NCBI RefSeq assembly: GCF_001194135.2
Contig: NC_068992.1
Location: 19,977,345-20,010,644, forward strand
Length of the DNA stretch: 33,300 bases
Direction: 5' to 3'
Source: Octopus bimaculoides
Lineage: Eukaryota
Below, piece by piece: positions 25,637 to 33,300 of this stretch. Every line of letters begins with the position of its first letter. Position 1 is the first letter of the stretch. The notes below the pieces were generated by a model. It had not been told where the DNA came from and did not search any database. It saw only the letters and a list, made by a program, of their open reading frames with translations. The translations under genes were made by a program, and so were the position numbers.

Positions 25637-25845
25637 GTGTCTGTGTTTTTTTTCCACACCAACGCTTGACAATCGATGTTGGTATACTTTACGTCCCCGT
25701 AACTTAGTAGTTCAACGAAAAACGTATTAGAAGTGCCAGGCTTAGAAAAAATGTACTTGGCTCAACTCATTCAACTAAATTACATGAAGGCTGTTCCTCA
25801 AAACGGCCGCATTCTAATGACTGAAACAAGTAAAAGAATGAAAAG
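25637..25845 (+). mobile_element. SINE family B mid domain and tail (head absent)
   Basis: cgcttgacaatcgatgttgg...tttacgtccccgtaacttag...ggccgcattctaatgactgaaacaagtaaaag aligns to 29160-29349. Confidence 0.85.
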
Positions 25846-25865
25846 TAGGGAAATGTTACTGTTTT

Positions 25866-26070
25866 GCTCTTGTACAAGTTTCAGTCATTTAACTACGGTC
25901 GTGGTGGAGCTCCGCGTCGTTAGTCAAACAAATTAACCCCAGGACGTATTCTTTATAAGCTTAGTACTTAATCTATTGGCCACTTTTGCTGATCCACTAC
26001 GTTATGGGGGCGTAAACACACGAACATCAATTGTCAAGCAATGGTGGAGGGACAATCACAAACACAAATA
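25866..26070 (-). mobile_element. SINE family B mid domain and tail (head absent)
   Basis: The reverse complement aligns to 29165-29349. Confidence 0.85.
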
Positions 26071-26400
26071 CACACTCACAAAAATATGGTTCTTCAGCAG
26101 AAAGAAATCATTTCAATTGCTCCAGGCTATCCATCTGGCACAAATTATTAATCCTGCGACAGACTGGTGTCCTGATAAGATGAGCAATATATACACTACT
26201 GAAATCGGGAAACCGGCCATTATGAGTCGACATGACTCGGGAAGGAACTTTGCCCTTACTCTTGTGTATATGTAAAATAATATCACACATACACGCGCGC
26301 ACGTCTACCGATATATGTATATCATGTTTTTATATATAATACATGCAAGTCTACCCTACTTAATGTTGCCTAAATTTCAATGTAAGAACTTTGTTTGTAG

Positions 26401-26501
26401 GCTACAAACTGTCTTTTTCTCCACTGGTGAGAGAACCAAGCACAAACATGTATATAAATAATGTAAAAGAAATGCAGGAGAAAATGAAAATTCAACTGCA
26501 T
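26401..26501 (+). CDS. Weak candidate internal exon (xYKLSFSPLVREPSTNMYINNVKEMQEKMKIQLH)
   Basis: Acceptor ctttgtttgtag|G, donor CAT|gtatga, phase 1 to 0, open frame. No family recognised. Confidence 0.22.
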
Positions 26502-27125
26502 GTATGAGCTGCTCATTCAAGCAAGTTATTCCTTCGGAATTTCCACCATCATTGTATAACCTTTGAATACATTTATCAGAAACGTTTCTCATCCTGTGAA
26601 ACACATACTTTACGCTATTATATTGATATTTCATTATTTTAGTTGTATATGAGCGATAATGTATTCGATGACAAGCGGTTCTTGTGTGGGTTTTGTGAAT
26701 ACCATCAGGGATTATAAGAAATAACACATGTATCATCATATGTTGTTGAAGAATGAGATAAGTATTTCAAGTTCCACTTGAATTACTCTCCGATAAAATG
26801 ATATATGTCGATCTTATGATGGTCATGCATGAATTATTCTATACGTTTGAGTAGGTTTCTATCAGAAGTTAACGATATTTATGATATCATTTCATTAGGC
26901 ACAATAGCCTTTTAAGCGTAATCTATTACAATAGAGATATAATAGTTCAATACGATAAGTACAATATTTCTGGTACAATTTTGATCGATGTTGTTGAAAT
27001 AAAGAGATGCAAGCAACGATAGATAGAACGATAGGCCAAATGAAAACAAAACAAAAAGGAAATCTCGTACGAAACTCAACACAAGGCTATGTCAAAGCCA
27101 AGAGAAATAACACAAATCACTTACA

Positions 27126-27138
27126 GCTGCTGCTACTG

Positions 27139-27217
<79 letters not shown>
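27126..27217. repeat. (CTA)n trinucleotide microsatellite with GCT edges
   Basis: Read directly from the sequence. Confidence 0.97.
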
Positions 27218-28267
27218 AAATGCTGCTGTTTCTACTTCCGAGTGCAGATTAAAGTCTTTATATTTCGTCATCTCAGTTGCTGCTGCTGACGAATTTGTTG
27301 TTGATGTTGGTACTGATGCTTTAATAATTTCTACAGTTTCTTCTGCGGCGGCGGCGGACGTTGTTGTTCTAGTTATTTTTGCCGATGTTCCTATTGTTAA
27401 TGTTCGTCTACATGCAAATATTATCGCTCTTTTTTTAAATATTTTTTGCACCTGCTGCTGCTGTTGCAACTGCTTCTGTTATTGCACACTGTCGTTGCCG
27501 CACCAATACAACGGTCAGATACTCTGAAACCCTCTTTCCTGCTTTTGTTGTGTGGGCAGCATACTAAGAGATTGTCAATTATTCCACAAAAGTTGCATGC
27601 TGGTCGTCTAATCTGTACAGTCAGCAATCGGAGGTTTGATACTTTCAGACTTTAGGTTAAAGTACCACCAATGTTGTCCCAGACCTGCTCTTCCACCTCA
27701 TCATTTTCACATACTGTAAAATTTCACCTACACTCTAACCGTATGAAAGCCAATATCTACAGAAAATTTAGTTTTGGTGGAGCCCCAGTATTGTTACCTA
27801 CAACCCTTCATCTGCCATATGTGGGAATACTGCGAAGTTCTCCAACCATTCTGCAATTGTGTGCCATAAATCAACTTCTTTGATTATATCATGCTCTGGT
27901 GTTGCAGAGTTTGTTAATGTAGGAGACATTAGTAAGTGGGCTTTATTTACGAGAAGCGCAGTGTAAATGTGATACCTCTATTCGCGTTTAGTTAGTAGGT
28001 TATCCTAATTGACAAAAAGTATTCTATCTATGACTGTTCTGCTGGTTAAGATTACATAAAAATACATTGTCTACAATATTCTTTCCTTATTTACACAATT
28101 TATGTTGATTACAATGATATTTTTGTAGCTAATTTGAGTAGGTTTCTCAAAGTACGTGAAACACTTCTGGAAAGTGTGTGAGGACAGCAGTAGTTTCCAT
28201 CTAGTCTTAGTATGATCAACTAGTACTAGCATATGTACTGTGCGTGTGTAAATAGCGTTCATCGAAA

Positions 28268-28685
28268 GGCGGTGAGGTAGCAGAAACGTTAGCACGCCTG
28301 GCGAAATGCTTAGCGGTATTTCGTCTGCCGCTACGTTCTGAGTTCAAATTCCGCCGTGATCGACATTGCCTTTCATCCTTTCGGGGTAGATAAATTAAGT
28401 ACCAGTTACACACTGGGGTCGATGTAATTGACTTAACCCTTTTGCCTGTCATTGTTTGTCCCCTCTATATTTAGCTCCTTGTGGGCAATAAATTAATAAG
28501 AAACGTTAGCACGCTGGGCGAAATATTTAGCTGTACTTCGTCTGTCTTTACGTCCTGAGTTCAAATTCCGCCAAGATCGACTTTGCCTTTCATCTTTTCG
28601 GGGGTTGGGGGATAAATTAAGTACCAGTTAAGCATTGAGGTTGATCTAACCGACTAACTCTCTTCCCCAAAATTTCGGGCCTAGA
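28268..28685 (+). mobile_element. Tandem (dimer-like) SINE family A: full monomer 28268-28500 plus 5'-truncated monomer 28501 to about 28685 with a different tail
   Basis: aaacgttagcacgc...gagttcaaattccgcc...gcctttcatc...gataaattaagtaccagtta occurs twice head to tail. Confidence 0.9.
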
Positions 28686-28918
28686 GGAGAAAAGAAATAG
28701 CATTTATCTGACATATAGAAAGAGCTGAGTTTTGTATGAGGACTGAAAAGCTTTCTGTGGAAAAATGTATTGCTCTGCTATGTATTTTACTTATAATATT
28801 TTCCATTTCATTACGCAAACGGCCTCACTTTAACTTGGAATTTGAGAATTGCGCTATATACCATGACATATTATCTGTTGCAGCATAATGAGGGACAATT
28901 TCACATTCTTATACAGAT

Positions 28919-29122
28919 GGCGCAGGAATGGCTGTGTGGTAAGCGGCTAGCTTACCAACCACGTGGTTCCAGGTTCAGTCCCATTGCGCGGCACCTTGGG
29001 CAAGTGTCTTCTATTATAGCCTCGGTTCGACCACAGCCTTGTGAGTGGATTTGGTAGACGAAACTGAAAGAAGCCCGTCGTTTGTTTGTATATATATATA
29101 TATGTGTGTGTACGTGTGTGTG

Positions 29123-29153
<31 letters not shown>

Positions 29154-29349
29154 CTGTCTGTCTGTTTGTGTTTGTCCACGCGACATCGCTTGACAACCGA
29201 TGTTGGTGTATTTACGTCCCCGTAACTTGGTGTTTCGGCAAAAGTATTCGATAAAATAAGTACTAGGCTTCTAAAGAATAAGTACTGGGGTCGATTTGTT
29301 CGACTAAAGGCGGTGCTCCAGCATGGCCGCAGTCAAATTACTGAAACAA
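28919..29349 (+). mobile_element. Full-length tRNA-derived SINE family B (best in-window reference copy)
   Basis: A-box tggctgtgtgg (28929-28939), B-box ggttcagtccc (28972-28982), core, internal (TA)(TG) microsatellite at about 29090-29165, mid domain, and a tail ending ctgaaacaa. Confidence 0.92.
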
Positions 29350-30255
29350 TTACAACAAATGGGAATTGTATAATACTTTACATTCAGCATTGACACTAGC
29401 AAAGAAATTTCAACTCTAATTCATTCGTGTTGTAGGCCCACAGAACACTTTGCAAACAGATGGTATGTCCGCTGATTCTCCTAGTCATTGTTGTTGCCGT
29501 TATTGGTGTTGTTGTGTAGGTCCAGGCAAGGGAAAATAGCATTATCCGTCCCATATTTTCGTGTTGGAGTGTATCTGATCATATAACGCCCGAAATTGTC
29601 CTGTTTCTAAGTAGACAACGTGACATTTGGAGGAGATTTAGCTGCATTATATTGTATATCGACCTACCATACATAAGCTTCTTCTACAGTTCGTTACTGG
29701 ACCAGTTTAGGGAAATTGCGATTACGCCAAAGCTAAAACAAAAAGAAAAAGACAAGAGAATGAGCATGCTGTAGTTGTTGCTAGTTAGGCTAAGCCTGGT
29801 CTTGTTAATGGTATCTATAATATGCTGCTGTTGCTGTTGCTGCTTGCATTTAGAGTTGCTGTATTTTCTCCAAACGAATTACAGTGATTTCATCGATCAA
29901 TATTTTCCTTTAATTACAATGCTGCTGTAATTGCTTCTTTCTCTGTAAACTCAAGCACCACACCTACACATGGTTCTAGATACACATACACACACATGTG
30001 TGTGCGTGTGTGTGTGTGTGTGCGTTTCTGTGTAAATATAGGTACACAAGTAGAGAGAGCGAAAAGATAAAGAAACAGCCACCGATAGAGAGACACAAAG
30101 GCATACATTCTAACATTGCTAGCTAGCTATATATTGCAAACCAGGCGTACTTCATTCACAAATTTCCATCACTTTATTTTGCTGTGTTTTAATCATGTGC
30201 TTGCTAATCACAACACGATGCAATCAAAATTCCACAATCAGGAAGGAGCAACGTG

Positions 30256-30479
30256 TGAGAGAGAGAGAGAGAGAGAGAGAACGAAACTTTGTGTGCATGT
30301 ATATGTGTGCATTCGTGTGTGTGTGTGTGTTTGTGAGTAAATTACCATTCCTTTCTAAGTATATGGCGACGGTTAATTGTACTGTGCGTGTTACATATAT
30401 AAGCAAGTGTATATTTATCTATCTATCGGTCTATATATGTCTATCTATCTGTCTATATCTATATATTTCTCTCTGTCTC

Positions 30480-30514
<35 letters not shown>

Positions 30515-30848
30515 NNNNNNNNNNNNNNNNNNNNNNNNNNNNNNNNNNNNNNNNNNNNNNNNNNNNNNNNNNNNNNNNNNNNNNNNNNNNNNNNNNNNNN
30601 NNNNNNNNNNNNNNNNNNNNNNNNNNNNNNNNNNNNNNNNNNNNNNNNNNNNNNNNNNNNNNNNNNNNNNNNNNNNNNNNNNNNNNNNNNNNNNNNNNNN
30701 NNNNNNNNNNNNNNNNNNNNNNNNNNNNNNNNNNNNNNNNNNNNNNNNNNNNNNNNNNNNNNNNNNNNNNNNNNNNNNNNNNNNNNNNNNNNNNNNNNNN
30801 NNNNNNNNNNNNNNNNNNNNNNNNNNNNNNNNNNNNNNNNNNNNNNNN

Positions 30849-30913
<65 letters not shown>

Positions 30914-31040
30914 ATCAATCTATCCATTTGTCTGACCATACTATATGTATATACATCACGGTACATATATATGCGAGTGTCTCTGTGTGTGTGTTTGTGT
31001 GTATGTTTCTATGTATTATGCTCGTATGTATTTTATATAG

Positions 31041-31090
<50 letters not shown>
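30256..31090. repeat. Cluster of (GA)n, (TG)n, (CT)n, (TA)n and (TATG)n microsatellites around gap 30515-30848
   Basis: Read directly from the sequence. Confidence 0.9.
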
Positions 31091-31094
<4 letters not shown>

Positions 31095-31457
31095 TTCGGT
31101 GCGTATATTCTATATCGCATAACGCATGTAGTTGTATATAACGTTTCCAAGAGCAATTAAATCAGACACGGAAGACCGTTAATTATTTATATTCGCCAAA
31201 TTCTTTCTTTAATTTACAAAGAATAGGAAAAGCAGGGGAACGATAACAAAAAACTACGTTAATCAAAACTAAGAAATACACACTGTAGACAAGGAATAAA
31301 TATTGTGCTTAAAATATCACTTAGTTTAACAACTATAACTTAGTTTAACAAATAACTTCACATGGTAGTAAATAGAAGCTAATACGCACACGTATGCATA
31401 TTCACATACATACATACATAAACACACACTCGCGGCGCGCACACACAAGCACAAAGG

Positions 31458-31461
<4 letters not shown>

Positions 31462-31499
<38 letters not shown>

Positions 31500-32321
31500 N
31501 NNNNNNNNNNNNNNNNNNNNNNNNNNNNNNNNNNNNNNNNNNNNNNNNNNNNNNNNNNNNNNNNNNNNNNNNNNNNNNNNNNNNNNNNNNNNNNNNNNNN
31601 NNNNNNNNNNNNNNNNNNNNNNNNNNNNNNNNNNNNNNNNNNNNNNNNNNNNNNNNNNNNNNNNNNNNNNNNNNNNNNNNNNNNNNNNNNNNNNNNNNNN
31701 NNNNNNNNNNNNNNNNNNNNNNNNNNNNNNNNNNNNNNNNNNNNNNNNNNNNNNNNNNNNNNNNNNNNNNNNNNNNNNNNNNNNNNNNNNNNNNNNNNNN
31801 NNNNNNNNNNNNNNNNNNNNNNNNNNNNNNNNNNNNNNNNNNNNNNNNNNNNNNNNNNNNNNNNNNNNNNNNNNNNNNNNNNNNNNNNNNNNNNNNNNNN
31901 NNNNNNNNNNNNNNNNNNNNNNNNNNNNNNNNNNNNNNNNNNNNNNNNNNNNNNNNNNNNNNNNNNNNNNNNNNNNNNNNNNNNNNNNNNNNNNNNNNNN
32001 NNNNNNNNNNNNNNNNNNNNNNNNNNNNNNNNNNNNNNNNNNNNNNNNNNNNNNNNNNNNNNNNNNNNNNNNNNNNNNNNNNNNNNNNNNNNNNNNNNNN
32101 NNNNNNNNNNNNNNNNNNNNNNNNNNNNNNNNNNNNNNNNNNNNNNNNNNNNNNNNNNNNNNNNNNNNNNNNNNNNNNNNNNNNNNNNNNNNNNNNNNNN
32201 NNNNNNNNNNNNNNNNNNNNNNNNNNNNNNNNNNNNNNNNNNNNNNNNNNNNNNNNNNNNNNNNNNNNNNNNNNNNNNNNNNNNNNNNNNNNNNNNATAT
32301 ATATACATACATATGTATATA
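31462..32321. repeat. (CA)n and (TA)/(TACA) microsatellites flanking gap 31500-32296
   Basis: Read directly from the sequence. Confidence 0.9.
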
Positions 32322-32418
32322 TGACGTTCTCCTTTCAGTTTCCGTCTACCATATCCACTCACAAGGCTTTGGTCGGCCCGAGTCTATAGTAGAAGACACT
32401 TGCCCAAGGTGCCACGCA
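32322..32418 (-). mobile_element. SINE family B core fragment, 5'-truncated
   Basis: tttcagtttccgtctaccatatccactcacaaggctttggtcggcccgagtctatagtagaagacacttgcccaaggtgccacgcag is the reverse complement of about 28983-29080. Confidence 0.92.
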
Positions 32419-32511
32419 GAGAGAGGGGGGAGGGAGGGGTATGTGAAGGACAGACTTGACGTACACCTTTCTTCGACAGAAATTCATGTAGCCACTTCTT
32501 TGATACATTCA

Positions 32512-32547
<36 letters not shown>

Positions 32548-32869
32548 TATATGTATATTTTTTTGTGAATTCTCCCTATATATCTCTCTACATACATACA
32601 TTGTATCAGGACAATTACACCCCTTGGTTAATTACCACCTCTCCAATATATTAAGAAGTTTTAAGTCATCATCTGTTGTCCTGAGGGGTAATAGTCCATG
32701 GGGCGTAAATGTCCTAGACTCATATACAGACGCTCATATACATACATAGGTATTGTTGCATCTGTTCATTAAAGTTGTCTAAACAATATGACGAAATTTA
32801 CATTGTTTTTCTTTGTTCCATATTCAAGAGCCTTCAGATGACCTGAATTTGTGCCATGATTTTTGTTAC

Positions 32870-32988
32870 TTTCATCACAAATTCTTCAGTATCGCACTCT
32901 TTCATAGTTAGTCGTTCTTTTTTCTCAAACACAACAAAAATATGCGGTGGCATTTCAGCGATGCCAGCCCTTCCTAATTGACGTATAA
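32870..32988 (-). CDS. Candidate exon (xIRQLGRAGIAEMPPHIFVVFEKKERLTMKECDTEEFVMK) with a myosin-like EMPPHIF word
   Basis: Acceptor tgtcaattccttcgtcaatag|, donor AAA|gtaaca (alternative donor ending at 32843, or in-frame stop at 32834-32836); 119 nt, phase 1 to 0. Confidence 0.33.
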
Positions 32989-33101
32989 CTATTGACGAAG
33001 GAATTGACAACAGTATAAGCAAATGTCAGGAGCATTTAGTACGAACTTACAAAATGCTAATATTAATATCATAATGAAACTACATTCTATAATAAAACAA
33101 A

Positions 33102-33144
33102 CTGGGAGCACCGGTTTCGCGTCTTACACTTATCAAACTCCCAA
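33102..33144 (-). ncRNA. Second hammerhead-like motif (mirror copy; GUG at the cleavage triplet, probably inactive)
   Basis: Minus strand reads TTGGGAGT-TTGATAA-GTGT(AAG)ACGC-GAA-ACCGGT-G-CTCCCAG. Confidence 0.5.
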
Positions 33145-33152
33145 AGTCTCAC

Positions 33153-33195
33153 TTGGAAGTTTGATAAGCGTAAGACGCGAAACCGGTAATTCCAA
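33153..33195 (+). ncRNA. Minimal type-I hammerhead ribozyme-like motif (U3/A8 core variant)
   Basis: TTGGAAGT-TTGATAA-GCGT(AAG)ACGC-GAA-ACCGGT-A-ATTCCAA: stem I, core, stem II, GAAA, palindromic stem III, GUA triplet, stem I. Activity is untested. Confidence 0.6.
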
Positions 33196-33300
33196 TTTAT
33201 TTTATTAAATAATGTTGTAATATATATAACTCTTTGTTTCATTATGATATTAATATTAGTTTTTTACATATTTTTCTTTCTTAAATATATATATATATAT

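Larger units (their letters stand above)
33090..33207. repeat. 118-bp inverted repeat (55-bp arms, 8-nt spacer at 33145-33152)
   Basis: 48/55 positions complementary; inner arms 33110-33144 and 33153-33187 match at 33/35. Confidence 0.97.

Noticed and set aside
27092-27655. T/S/A-rich minus ORF and signal-peptide-like plus ORF (MHLLLLLQLLLLLHTVVAAP)
   Set aside because: Both arise from decayed GCT/GTT/CTA trinucleotide sequence next to the (CTA)n array.
28919-28990. tRNA gene (also the heads at 3193, 25566 and 28268)
   Set aside because: A/B boxes are present but continue into repeated SINE bodies with no complete cloverleaf.
9457-32389. Long ORFs containing X runs or YI/CV/HT/ER dipeptide runs
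   Set aside because: Artefacts of N-gaps and dinucleotide repeats.

Overview
AT-rich eukaryotic (metazoan) DNA, mostly intronic or intergenic, from a gapped short-read assembly. All eight N-gaps are bordered by microsatellite on at least one side. The extreme microsatellite load and the tRNA-derived SINE families resemble Octopus/coleoid cephalopod DNA; this is inference from memory, not a search. No complete gene can be read, and most listed ORFs are microsatellite or N-gap artefacts. Supported content: about 12 SINE copies or fragments in three families, many microsatellites, a few short tandem repeats, a 253-bp near-perfect duplication whose second copy interrupts a SINE, and a few unconfirmed exon candidates on both strands (some must be false). 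The best find is at 33090-33207: a 118-bp fold-back in which each arm resembles a minimal type-I hammerhead ribozyme (UUGAUAA core variant, 4-bp stem II, GAAA, palindromic ACCGGU stem III, covarying stem I), as described for Penelope-like retroelements.
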